Assembly (NCBI RefSeq): GCF_006345805.1
Contig: NC_043003.1
Span: forward strand, 13,888,001 to 13,952,000
Length of the DNA stretch: 64,000 bases
Source of the DNA: Octopus sinensis
Lineage: Eukaryota
Direction of reading: 5' to 3'
Positions 40,011 to 53,264 of the stretch are shown here, one piece after another; the first letter of the stretch is position 1; each line of letters opens with the position of its first letter. A program made the position numbers and the translations under genes. The notes below the pieces were generated by a model. That model ran no database searches and was not told where the DNA came from. It saw nothing but the letters and a program-made list of their open reading frames with translations.

Positions 40011-40292
40011 TATATAGTATAAAAGATTGTAGGTAAGGCCAAAACAATGCAAAGTAAATGCAAGGTAAATTACAAGAAAACAAATACGTGAATTAATGTA
40101 AACTTACCTTGTATTCAATATTTCAGGGGTTATGACCCCATTTTCACAATTTCTTCAAAATGGGGTCATAACCCCCGAAATATTGAATACAAGGTAAGTC
40201 TACATAAATTCATATATTTGTTTTCTTGTGATTTACCTTGCATTTACTTTGTATTGTTTTGGCTTTGCCCATGATCTTTTATACAATATATT
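40011..40292. repeat. Fold-back (~130-nt arms, ~12-nt loop)
   Basis: The arms are reverse complementary from TATATAGTATAAAAGAT to the central CCCCATTTT/AAAATGGGG. Confidence 0.9.
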
Positions 40293-41669
40293 CTACAAAA
40301 TGCTTCATAGTAATTATTCCATTATATTTATATATATATAAATAGGAGTGGCTGTGTGGTAAGTAGCTTGTTTACCAACCACATGGTTCTGGGTTCAGGT
40401 CCCACAGCGTGGCACCTTGGGAAAGTGTCTTCTACTTTTGCCTCGGGTCGACCAAAGCCTTGTGAGTGGATTTGGTAGAAGGAAACTGAAAGAAGGCCGT
40501 CATATATATGTATATATACGTGTGTGTCTGTCTTTTTCTCCCCCAACATCGCTTTACATCCGATGCTGGTGTGTTTATGTCGCTGTAACTTAGCGGTTTG
40601 GCAAAAGAGGCCGATAGAATATGTACTAGGCTTACAAAGAATAAGTCCTGAGGTCGATCTGCTTGACTTAAGGCGGTGCTCCAGCATGGCCACAGTCAAA
40701 TGACTGAAACAAGTAAAAGAGTAATAGAGATGTCGATGATGATATATATATATATATATAATATATAATATATAATATATATATACACACACATGTGCAT
40801 GCATTCATGTATTTATGTACATACATCATATGTACACACACATTTTATTACAATCCGGAATTTCTGAATTCATAATTCAGTTATGTCATATGATCAATCA
40901 CGACAAGGTGACACAGAAAGAGACACATTCACAGAAGCACAATAATATTAATGATCAAATAAAATAAAGCTTTGCTGAGAAGGGATTTACTAATAGACCA
41001 ATAATAGGCTTTGTTGAGAAGTGATTTAGTTACAGGCCAATAAAACCCTATCATACTGAAACTCATAAATTAACAAAAGTGCTAATTATTATCTGTTAGC
41101 GAAGCACTTGATAACTGATAACCTATTATAAGAGAAAAGAACAGCCGTGACCTTCTAAGTGTTGAGAATGATGGAATCTAAAATATTTCTACTGTGCTTG
41201 ACTATCTGGCTTTTCCCAAGAAGATATCATTTATTTTTTTTACTTGTTTTGGTCACTGGACTACAGCTACACTTGAGCAACACCTTAAGAGGCTTGAGAG
41301 GCTATATGTAAGTATATGTTTGTGTGTCTGTGTTTGTCTCCACCACCACCACCACCACCGTCGCTTGACAACCGATGTTGGTGTGTTTACGTCCCCGTAA
41401 CTTAGTGGTTCGGCAAAAGAGGATATAAATACACCAGCATTGTTTCTCAAGTGACGGCAGGTGAACAGAGACACACACACATAGATATATACAAACACAC
41501 ACACATATATTTATATGACAGGCTTCTTTCAGTTTCCATCTAGCAAATCCACTCACAAGACTTTGGCTGGGCTGAAGCTATAGTAAAAGACACTTGTCCA
41601 AGGTGCCATGCAGTGGGACCCACATCTGTGTGGTTGGAAAGCTAGTTTCTTACCACACAGCCACACTTA

Positions 41670-41849
41670 TGCCTATATATATATATATATTACATATATA
41701 TATATATATTATATATATACATATATATATACATAATATATATATATATATACACATATATATACATATATACATATATATTATATATATATATATACAT
41801 ATATATATATACATATATATATATATACATATAATATATATATACATAC

Positions 41850-41880
<31 letters not shown>

Positions 41881-42058
41881 ATATACATATATATATATAC
41901 ATACATATATATAATATACATACATATATATATATACATACATATATATATATACATACATATATATATATAATACATATATATATATATACATACATAT
42001 ATATAATACATACATATATATATACATACATATTATATATACATATACATACATATAT

Positions 42059-42102
<44 letters not shown>

Positions 42103-42121
42103 TATATATATATATACATAC

Positions 42122-42166
<45 letters not shown>

Positions 42167-42178
42167 CATATACATACA
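41670..42178. repeat. Large imperfect (TA)n/(TACA)n microsatellite block
   Basis: Visible directly. Similar blocks at 1066-1392, 14095-14310 (TG), 30050-30145 (GT), 31275-31485 and 47065-47750. Confidence 0.95.
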
Positions 42179-43269
42179 TGGTGTATGGTTCAGTGGTTAG
42201 AGCATCAAGCTTACGACTGTGAGGTTGTGAGTTCGATTCCCGGACTGGGCTACATATTTCACATTGCTCCAGTTCACTCAGCTGTAGAAATGAGTTGCAA
42301 CATCACTGGTGCCAAGCTGTATCGGCCTTTGCCTTTCCCTTGGATACCATAAGTTGCATGGAGAGAGGAAGCTGGTATGCATGGGTGACTGCTGGTCTTC
42401 CATAAACAACCTTACCTGGACTTGTGCCTCAGAGGGTAACTTTCTAGATGCAATCCCTAGGTCGTTCATGACCAAAGGGGGGTCTTTACCCTTTTCCCTA
42501 TGAACATATGATAGGTGTGGAGAGGGGAGGCTGGTATGCATGGGTGATTGCTGGCCTTCCATAAACAACCTTACCTGGACTTGTACCTCAGAGGGGAACT
42601 TCCTAGATGCAATCGCACAGTTATTCGTGACCAAAGGGGGTCTTTATATATGCATATATGATGGGTTTCTTTCAGTTTCTGCCTGCCAAATCCACTCACC
42701 AAGCTACAGTAGGAAACACTTGCCTAAAGTGCCATGCAGTGAGAAGCAAACTTCCTACCACACAGCCACGCCTGCACCCTAAGGCACAGCTGCATCCTAT
42801 ATCAATTTAAATTTAAGACTGGTAAGACAATTATGTTTATGATCTTTAAATGTATTGCATGGTTCACATAACGCTAAGGTTTCTACTTTATCATTTATCT
42901 CTTGGTTGGTAGCTGTTTCTTTCTGTCTAAATTAATAGCATGTTAAATTCAAGGGTCAGCTTTCATGTAGGCATTGGTGTTATTGTTAGAAAACTGTCCA
43001 TGGTATATGCAGGGATCAGTTTTGCGGTTATTTTTAGCTTTGTCTAAAGAAATATAGATGTGTTTGGATTCTTTTCAAGTTCTGGCAAATTTTTCTTTAG
43101 CATGCCCCGAAAGCTGTGAGATGAATTTTAAAACTGATCCCTTTTTCTTTTGTTATTATTTTGAGGTCAGACATCCCAAGATATTATTTATTAGGATTTA
43201 TAACATCAGAAGGTAGGTAGGTGTGTGTGTGTGCATGAACATGCAAACTCATATCTACTCATACACAAT

Positions 43270-43547
43270 GATGAATACACACGCACACACACACAACCAA
43301 TGCTTTTGGAACACCCATTTCTATGACTAATTAGATCCCCTAGGTAAGAGAAACTATTAACTATATCTAGAGAGCCTTCCAGACATTTGAAAGAATTTAT
43401 TTCACGGGTATTGTTACTGCTAACCACTCCTGCACATCTGCTACAGGCAAAGTTTGCCCCTGTCTGTGATCCTATTACAACTCTTTTGCATGCACTCACA
43501 GTTTGAGTACACCATATGGAATTCCTACCTACCCCTTTTCTGCACAT
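43270..43547 (-). mobile_element. RTE-like LINE ORF2 internal fragment
   Basis: CRKGVGRNSIWCTQ...FACSRCAG...GSLDIVNSFSYLGDLISHRNGCSKS: a Cys-rich insert followed by the F.YLG motif at the end of the RT domain. Confidence 0.85.
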
Positions 43548-44109
43548 TGAGGATGGCCACTCCCCTCACAGCAGCAGTCCTGTCTTCTTCCCCTGCTAAA
43601 TAAAACTTTTGTTTTTGCTAGGTTAACTTCTAGACCTCTTAATTCTAGATTTTTTTTTTTTTTTTTTTTTGGCTTCCATGTTTACAATATCTTCTGAAAA
43701 TCTTCACCAGATTCAGCTGTGAGAACTGGGTCATCAGTGTACAAGTGTTCTCACAGACAGTTGGACTTAAGCACCTCTGTTATGGCCTGGAGAACTATAA
43801 CATAAGTGGGGGAAGAATGAGACCTGAGGCTTGATGGATACCTACCTTCACTTCTTCTATAGTCATCTCAATAGGAACAAAGTGTTGGGGGTACCCCATA
43901 CTGCATCTCTTCTAAGTCAGCTGTGCTACATAGCTTTCTTTTTTCTTTCACTTTAATAACCTGGTACATCAATTTGATATGTCTATATAAACACACTCAC
44001 ACACATACATACACGCACGTGCGCAGGTATAGCCATAGAGTTTAACTGGCACTCCTTGGGTTATGACAACAGGGGTTCCAGTTGATCTGATTAACTGCAG
44101 AAACCATGG

Positions 44110-44668
44110 GAATAATGTAGCAAATCAAGAACTACTAGGCCCTTTTAAAGAGAGTTAGGTGGAATTTGAGAAAGATTTGGTTGCTATTTCTAGCAGAACG
44201 CATGACCACATATAGGTTCACTTGTTGGGTTGTTAAGATTTCGTGCTCATTTAAAGACAGTAAGGTGGAATTTGAGAAAGATTTGGCTGCTATTTTTAGC
44301 ACAAGTGGCAACATATAGGCTCCTTTGCTGAGTTGTTAAGATTTCACATTGAGGTCAAATGTCCATTTTAAAGATAGTAAGGTGGCATTTGAGAGAGATT
44401 TGGCTGCTATTTCTAGCAGAACGTGTGACCACAAATAGTTTCACTTGTTGGGTTGTTAAGATTTTGTACTAGGGAAGAATGTAGTGAATCAAGAACTACT
44501 AGGCCCTTTTAAACGACAGTAAGGTGGAATTTGAGTGAGATTTGACTGCTATTTCTAGCAGAACGCATGACCACATACAGGTTCATTTGTTGGGTTGTTC
44601 AGATTTTGTATCAGGGAAGAACGTAGCGAATCAAGAACTACTAAGCTTTTCAAAGACAGTAAAGTGGT
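44110..44668 (+). repeat. Satellite-like array, four diverged 105-140-bp units
   Basis: AAGGTGGAATTTGAG...GGCTGCTATTTCTAGCAGAAC..TGACCACATA recurs at ~44158, 44262, 44379 and 44521. Confidence 0.9.
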
Positions 44669-45214
44669 GACTGGAGAAACCATGGCAAAGTAGACGATGG
44701 AGCCAATGCAGTTCTCCAGCTTGCCAGCTCTTGCCAAAACTGTTCAACTCCTGTCAGCATGGAAAATAGATGCTAAATGATGATGATGATTTGATTGAAC
44801 AACATACACACACACGCACACATATATACACACAAATACATGCACGCAATTAAACACAAATCTATATATAAATATACACACCTATATTGATATCCTTCCC
44901 TCACCGTCCTGTGAAAACCCTTTCGCGGATGTATTTTTGTTAACAGATATACTTCAGAAAAGGCAAGGTGGCAGAAACGTTAGCACACCGGGCGAAATGC
45001 TTAGCGGTATTTCATCTGCCATTACTTTCTGAGTTCAAATTCTGCCGAGGTCGACTTTGCCTTTCATCCTTTCGGGGTTGATTAAATAAGTACCAGTTAC
45101 GCACTGGAGTCGATATAATCGAATTAATCCGTTTGTCCTTGTTTGTCCTCTCTGTGTTTAGCCCCTTGTGGGTAATAAAGAAATAAGGTGGATGAGGGAG
45201 CATGTACCCTAAAA

Positions 45215-45380
45215 GACAAACTTGGCAGTCCATCAAGCTGCTATTATCTCAATATTATTATATGGTCGTCAAACACGGAGGCTTTACTGTTGAGACATCA
45301 AAAAGCTGGATCATATCCATCAATTTAAACATCTAGAAAATGTCATATGGAACCAAATTAACAAGAGTGAGCAGTAAGAT
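45215..45380 (+). mobile_element. Decayed RTE (BovB-like) ORF2 fragment
   Basis: TNLAVHQAAIISILLYGRQTRRLYC*DIKKLDHIHQ resembles TKL.VY.A.V...LLYG.ETW......KKL..FHQ. Confidence 0.7.
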
Positions 45381-45536
45381 CCATGACAGCAGAGTCCAAG
45401 AAGTATAAAGTTCCAATGGTAATTCGGGTGGAGTGACGGTACCGAAGATCTAAGAAGCTAATAGTGATAAGGGTCGACAAGAGGAAGAAGTTCAATCAGA
45501 CAGGATAACATTGGGGTGATCAAATGAGACATGTTT

Positions 45537-45573
<37 letters not shown>

Positions 45574-45772
45574 TCTTTCTTCACTCCATATGTTTTCTTT
45601 CCACGTTCGTTTTTGTAAAAGAGAATAGGTTTGAAACGCCAAAGACTTTCATTTCCCCTGAGCGTCAAATAAACATGCCTTGCTTGTTCCCTCACCTGTA
45701 TCTGTCTTCAGATTTTTTGTACAATTTTGAACCGTATATCGAACCAACTATGATGAAACACCAGCTATAATA

Positions 45773-46338
45773 TTGGGTTGTCTGGAAAGTTCGTGCCGAT
45801 TTATAGTAGCTTACCTTTTGACTTATTTTAGAAGATGGTTGAGTCCATAAAATAGGATTTGACTACATCTCCATTTAAAGCACAGTTTAAGCCATCTTTT
45901 CGTGGAAGAAGATTTATGTTCCTATAACCTGTGTTAATTTTGTAACCCTTTAAAATGGAAGATAAGAAAGTTCATTTTTGGCACTTGATGCTTTGGGAAC
46001 CAGACAAAAATTGCTGCAGCTCGGCTAGGATGTGTTACCCCACCCTCCATATTCACCAGATATTGCTCCTTCGGATTTCCACTTATTCAGGTCTCTGCAG
46101 AATAGACTTAATGGTAAAAATTTCAATTCCTTGGATGACGTAAAAAGATACCTTGATGAATTCTTTGCCATGAAACCACCTCAATTCTGAGAAGAGGGTA
46201 TTTTCAAGTTAAAGGAAAGATGGAGATGCATTGTGCAACAAAATGGTTCATATTTAGTTGATTAAAAATGTAATGGCAAGTATTTATTGACCTTTTTCTT
46301 TCCTTTAAAAATCGGCATGAACTTTCCGGACAACCCAA
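45773..46338 (+). mobile_element. Internally deleted mariner element with intact TIRs and TA TSD
   Basis: TIRs TTGGGTTGTCTGGAAAGTTCGTGCCGATTT and AAATCGGCATGAACTTTCCGGACAACCCAA, with TA on both sides. Transposase N-terminus MEDKKVHFWHLMLWE (45955) is joined to C-terminus ...DVLPHPPYSPDIAPSDFHLFRSLQN...ERWRCIVQQNGSYLVD* with two in-frame stops. Confidence 0.95.
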
Positions 46339-46865
46339 TAGTTAAGACACATGGTTAAAACGAAAGAGAGATTTCTTTCTCAGTTACTTAATCTTCAGAG
46401 AATTAAATAAGAGGAAAATATCACAAGGATGTCCTATCCAACATAACAAAAGCCAGTTAAAAATCAGTCTTTAAAATGACTGGAATTTAGATAAAATGTG
46501 GAAAACTGAAGCCCAAAATTGTTCCAACCAGCATCACTCCATCACCAACGGAACTGAAAAACTGGAGTCAAAAGAAGAATGTAATGAATGCAAGATACAA
46601 TATCCACAGTGATTCCACCATTTTTTCTTTACCATTTTTGTTTCTGCCTATTTTTCACAAGGATTGGCTTTTTCAGTTATCAGTATCATGAACATGGAGG
46701 AATCGCTAAATCAAGAGGAAATTGAATGAAATCTTGGGGCATAAGAAACAGCCAATGTTGATTTATGTGTGTGTGTGTTTATCAAATGTGTACACACATA
46801 CACGAAAGCATTTATATATCAACTCTGATTGTCCCCGATGATGATAATACACACACACACACACA

Positions 46866-46924
<59 letters not shown>

Positions 46925-47085
46925 AAATTTTTCTATATATAAATTAATATGTTCAATAAGAAATAATTATTTTCGAAATTTTTTCTCTTATGAGGTTTTT
47001 ACGCTATCTACCTGACAATTTCTTGTTAAGTTTTCCTTATTAAGTGGTTGTCCTTAATTGCTATATATATATATATATATATATC

Positions 47086-47117
<32 letters not shown>

Positions 47118-47644
47118 TATATATATACATATATATATATATACATACATACACACATATACATACATACATCTCTTTCTCTCTCTCTCTCTCACTATAT
47201 ATATATGTAGAGACATACGTGTATATATGGGAGCAACCTTCAGCTTTTTCCATCTAGTATTCTATGCACTATTATCTACAGCTTCCATTGTTATAAAAAT
47301 TATTCCACACACACGCACACATAAATCTTCATATTAGCGATGTGAAATCTTAAAGTTGTATAAGACATTTAGTGTTGAAAGAACTCAATACTGTTTGCAG
47401 AGTCAAATTTATCACACATACACATAGACACATATGCTATGTAAATATATGTGCATATATATGTATCAATAAATATATGCGCGTGCACACACACATGTAT
47501 ATATAAAGATATACACACACACATATACATATATATATATATACGTATATGTATATATATCATATATATATATATATATATATATACACATTCATACATA
47601 TTCAGGCAAATATATGTTATACATATATACAAATGCATGTGTAA

Positions 47645-47675
<31 letters not shown>

Positions 47676-48345
47676 TAAAAACACACTTCATACACATACA
47701 TAGATTATATACACACACACACATATACATGTGCTCATGCATACACAAACATGTACAATACACACATACATAAATGAGAGAAAGAGAGAGACAGACAGAC
47801 AGACAAGTACTCAGAAATTTAAATTGTACATGGTTGCTCCAGCATCCAAGCTATATCACACACACTCACACATGCACACATACACACACACAATCACACA
47901 CATATAAACATGCACACACACATATACACATGCACACACACACACCCATCCACACACTCTCACACACAGGCAAGTGTGATATTTTGGCTGCTTGACTTTA
48001 TCAGAAAGGGAATTGTTGCAAACTGCCTCTGTTTCTCAAACCATCTCCTCGCCGCCACGAACCCCCCCCCCACCCACCGGTCCCTGTTCACGCCATCTTC
48101 TCCATCATCTCCTACTCATAAATAATAACTCCTATGAGGTGTGTGCTTGGTTTTTTTTTCTCCCCCACCCCCCCCATCCCCACCCCGACTAAATTTCAAT
48201 ATTCTTTATGTATTTCAATCATTACTCATCTGCATACAGCAGGCAGGCAGGCAGGCAGGCATTGTCAAGTATTTGCTCGGCTGTTAAGGATGGCACCATC
48301 CAGCCATAAAAACCACCCCCCACATTCCAGTGACATGTGTTCCGC

Positions 48346-48383
<38 letters not shown>

Positions 48384-50975
48384 CATGCAATCATCGTCGC
48401 CATACAATTTGTACTCGAACAGCTGCCACTGTGGTAGTGGCATCGCTTTCTACCTTGTGTCACCTGTACTTTCAACCCAAAGAGGAGCAGTGGTGGGTGG
48501 GGCGGAGTGTTTAGGACTCTCTATTTCCTTCACTGAATCCACCAGAAATGGTAGAGAACTCTACTGAGAAGCAGAGCGTGGAACGAGAGTGCTCTAGGTC
48601 ACCAGTCGGTTTGCTAGAAATAGCAGCTAAATCTACCTCAGAGAACACCCTATTATTCTTAAAAAAAAGGCAGACTCCCCTGGCACCTGTGCTGGTGGCA
48701 CGTAAAAAGCATCCACTACACTCACAGAGTGGTTGGCGTTAGGAAGGGCATCCAGCTGTAGAAACACTGCCAGATCAGACTGGAGCCTGGTGCAGCCTCC
48801 TGGCTTCCCAGACCCCAGTCGAACCATCCAACCCATGCTAGCATGGAAAACAGACGTTAAACGATGATGATGATGATGATGAATAAATTCCCAAGATATG
48901 CTATTTCTTTATGTTTTATTTGTTTCAGCTATTGGACTGTGGCCATGCTGGAGCATTTTGTCAAACAAATTGACCTTGTACTTTTTTTTTTTGAAGCCTG
49001 ATGGTTATTCTTACCAGTCTCTTATACTGAACAATCAAGTTGCAGGGATGTAAACAAACCAATACAGGCTGTTAAACGGCTGGTTGGGGGACAAACACAA
49101 ACATAAAAATAGACACACACATGATGGTCTTCCACACAGTTTCCACCAACCAAATTCACTCACAAGGTATTGGTTGACCTGGGGCTTATAGTAGAAGACA
49201 TTTGCCCAAGGTGCCACACAGTGGGACTGAACCTGAAACCACATGGCTAGCAAAGCAAACTTCTTAACCACACAGCTATGTTTGCACACCGGTCTATTAT
49301 ATTGAATCACTATGCAGCAAGGATGTAAACAAACCAACTCAAGTTGTTAAGCAGCTGGTAGGGGACAAACCACAAACATAAAGACACACACACACATGAT
49401 GGGCTTCCAAAGAGTTTCCACCTAGCAAATCCACAACAAGGCTTTGGTTGACCTGGGGCTATAGTAGAAGACACTTGCCCAAGATACCACACAGTGAAAT
49501 TGAACCTGAAACCACATGGCTACAAAGCAAGCTTCTTAACCACACAGCCATGTCTGCAACTATATGTCTAAAAAAAAGAGGACTAAGATGGGGAGTGGTC
49601 AAGATTGCTACTGAGAGATGTCCAGTGATGGTTGAACAGGGGGTAAATTCTATTTGAGGCAATGACAGACTCTCTAGATCAGTGATTCTTCACTTTTTTT
49701 CTGTAGCTCGCCTAGTGCCCCACCCCAGTGACTGGTGGGGAATCAAAACTAAACGAAACTTAACATGGGAGATAATTTATACTCGTTTATTTGGTTCAGT
49801 CATTTGACTGTGGCCATGCTGGAGCACCACTTTTAGTCAAACAAACTGACCCCAGAACTTATTCTTTGTAAGTTTAGTACCTATTCTATTGGTCCCTTTT
49901 GCTGAACAAAAGTAAGAGGAGAGAAGAGAAAAGAAAAAGAAAAAATAGAAGAGGAGAGAAAAAAAATAAGAGCGAGAAAGAATAGAACCCAGGAAATGAA
50001 AGAAGGAGATGGAATTGAAGCTGGTGAGAATTGTATCCATAAGGAAGCGATCCTTCTCAAGCAACCAGCCAAGGACATTATTGTCTGTTACCAAGATTGA
50101 ATACTGTCAACAAAGGGTTTTGAAATTTGATCCTTACCACTTTCTAAGGTGGTCAACTTTTGGCTAAATTTTATGATATTCTTTTATTCTTTTACCTGTT
50201 TCAGTCATTTGACTGCGACCATGCTGGAGCACTGCCTTTAGTTGGGAAAATCGACCCCAGGACTTATTCTTTGTAAGCCTAGTACTTATTTTATCGGTGG
50301 TTCTTTTTGCTGAACCGCTTAGTTACAGGGATGTAAACACCCCAGCATCAGTTGTCAAGCAATGTTGAGGGGACAAACACAGACACACAAACATATAAAT
50401 ATATATAAATGATGGGCTTCTTTCAGTTTCCATCTACAAAATCAATTCACAAGGCTTTGGTCACCCAAGGCTATAGTAGAAGACACTTGCCCAAGGTGCC
50501 ACACAGTGGAATTGAACCCAGAACCATGTGGTTGATAAGCAAGCTACTTACCACACAAACACTCCTAAACCCCCAGCTCACTTAAAAAATTGCCGGCCTT
50601 GTGCCAAAATTTGAAACTGGTGGCAAGCTGGCAGAAACTGTTAGCACACCAGGTAAAACGTTTGGCAGCATTTTGTCTGTCTTTTATGTTCTGAGTTCAA
50701 ATCCTGCTGAGGTCAACATTACCTTTCATCCATTCAGGGTCAATAAAATAAGTACCAGTAGAGCACCAGGTGGGAATTAATGAACTTGCCTCCTCCCCCG
50801 AAATTGCTGAACTTGTGCCAAAATTTGAAACCAATTTAAAAATTTTTCCTCAAAAGATGGACTGTATAAACTTTTAATAGTGAAATGATAAAAAAATTAA
50901 TAACGATAAAAGTTGCTTATTTATTTTATTCATTACAAGATAACGACTTCCTTGATGAGTTCTAGCGAAATTTTC

Positions 50976-51286
50976 CAGGGTTTTGGAGTCAGAGTCATGA
51001 AGTTGGTAAAACTATACTGACTCCAACTTACGACTCACAATATCTTTACTGGGGTCAATCTAATCTACTGGCCCCCTCTCCACAAATTTTGGGCCTTGTG
51101 CCTAGAGTAGGGAAGAATATCTTTATTCTTTAATATACACAAGTTATAACATATAGGCCTACTCAAAGTATGCTTTACGAGATATGTAGACCACAATCAC
51201 TTAATTACATAAAGAGGAGTCAAGGTGCCAATAGTAGAGGAGTCAGAGTCGGAGTTAAAGTTTTTTGTTTTGAGTCCACAGCCCTG
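50976..51286. mobile_element. hAT-like MITE with perfect 8-bp TSD, carrying a nested SINE-B tail
   Basis: TIRs CAGGGTTTTGGAGTC and GAGTCCACAGCCCTG. AAATTTTC at 50968-50975 and 51287-51294. Internal GGAGTC repeats. Confidence 0.85.
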
Positions 51287-51906
51287 AAATTTTCTATATC
51301 AGGTCAACAGTGTAAATTCTACAGTTACTCTCTTACTTGTTTCAGTCATTTGACTGCGGCCATACTGGAGCACCGCCTTAAGTCGAGCACATCGACCCCA
51401 GGACTTATTCTTTGTAAGCCTAGTACTTATACTATCAGTCTCTTTTGCCGAACCGCTAAGTTACGGGGATGTAAACACACCAGCATCGGTGGTCAAGTGA
51501 TGTTGTGGGGGACAAACACAGACTTACAAACACACACATACATATATATATACATATACATATATACAACAGGCTTTTTTCAGTTTCTGTCTACCAAATC
51601 CACTCACAAGGCTTTGGTCAGCCCAAGGCTATAGTAGAAGACACTTGCCCAAGGTGCCACGCTGTGGGACTGAACCCGAAACCATGTGGTTGGTAAGCAA
51701 GCTACATACCACACAGCCACTCCTGCGTCTGTGTGGCTCGACCTGCTCGAAACAGCAGCAAACTACTTATCTCTAATTTCAATTCAATAATCATTACTAG
51801 TTTTACTATGTATAATATAATTTCTACTATAGGGAATATTTAGCATTTTAATTACATTATCTCACTACCCCCCCCCCCACCACCACTACCACCACAACCA
51901 TTCCAA

Positions 51907-52746
51907 AACCCTTTAGCATTCAGATTATTTTATAAAATATATTTATTCACATTGTTTTGAATTACTTATACATTATCTTTTTGTGTTGAGATTTCGATGA
52001 TGTGCTTTTTTAGTTTTAGTATGACATTGTAGGGTAGGTGCGAGAGGCTGGATCTGGCCAGTCTGTACATAAAACAGGTAGGATATATGGACTGGATATG
52101 GCTGGTTTAACCTTTTAGCATTTAAACTGACCATATCTGGCCCAAATATTATACTTGCTTTATGTTCAAAGTGGCCAGATCCAGACTCTCACACCTATCC
52201 TATACTCTCTCTCTCTTTACTCTTTTACTTGTTTCAGTCATGTGACTGTGGTCATGCTGGAGCACCGCCTTTAGTCGAGCAACTTGACACCGGGACTTAT
52301 TCTTTGTAAGCCCAGTACTTATTCTATTGGTCTCTTTTGCCGAACCGCTAAGTGACGGGGACATCAATACACCAGCATCAGTTGTCAAGCAATGCTAGGG
52401 AGACAAACACAGACACACAAACATACACATATATATATACATATATACGACGGGCTTCTTTCAGTTTCTGTCTACCAAATCCACTCACAAGGCTTTGGTC
52501 AGCCCGAGGCTATAGTAGAAGACACTTGCCCAAGGTGCCACGCAGTGGGACTGAACCCGGAACCATGTGGTTGGTAAGCAAGCTACTTACCACACAGCCA
52601 CTCCTGCCCCTATAATGTTGTTCTATAATAAAAAACAATTACACCATTGAAATCTTAAAGCCACGAGATAATACATGATGAATTCAAAACAATGTAAATA
52701 AACAAGCATTACCTTTGACAGAGAAATCTGAATGCTGAAGGGTTAA
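51907..52746. mobile_element. Inverted dimer of piggyBac-like MITE with nested SINE-A (52205-52608)
   Basis: Same dimer junction (GGCTGGTTTAACCTTTTAGCATTTAAAC). The second unit is split by a full SINE-A flanked by CCTATA at 52199-52204 and 52609-52614. Confidence 0.75.
52205..52608 (-). mobile_element. SINE family A, full-length, nested in MITE
   Basis: Reverse complement of the family A pattern. Confidence 0.9.
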
Positions 52747-53264
52747 ATGCCCCCTTCTACAAGCCAGCGCCTCCCTTGGGAATGGTACCAGCTATGTTGA
52801 GAGCTTCTGTTGTAGATGATTGCTTGGCTTGCCAAATCACCCACGCTTCACACCTGCTGTCTTAATAGTGAAGAATGCATAGGCGAATGTAGACCTAGGC
52901 ATGCTAAGTGTTTTAAAAAAAGTAAAAGCTGGAGAGGGAAAAAAAAATGATAGAAATATCTAGATTGGAATGTTGTTGATCAATAGGCCAGCTTGATATC
53001 CAGGATAATATAAGAGATATATATACAACAACAGCTTGTACTATTGTTGCCAAGAATGTGGAATGGAATATAGGATACAACAAAGTGATAGAAGGAACTG
53101 AAGCCATCTGAATGGAAATTTCATTCTGTGGTTTTTATCAAAATCAACTCAATTATTTAGAAAATGAAAATTCTTCCCCATCTGAGATATGGATTATTGA
53201 GAAAATACAGGAAAATACAACAACTGCCGATTATATTTTCAGATGTTGTTTAGCTCCAAGTTAT

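Noticed and set aside
44110-44668. Repeat-plus-variable-spacer look resembling a CRISPR array
   Set aside because: Eukaryotic context, the 'spacers' are homologous to each other, and there are no cas genes.
50946-50980. TTGATGAGTTCTAGCGAAATTTT hammerhead-like string
   Set aside because: No helix I partner, the U3/G8 core is non-canonical, and part of it is the hAT TSD.
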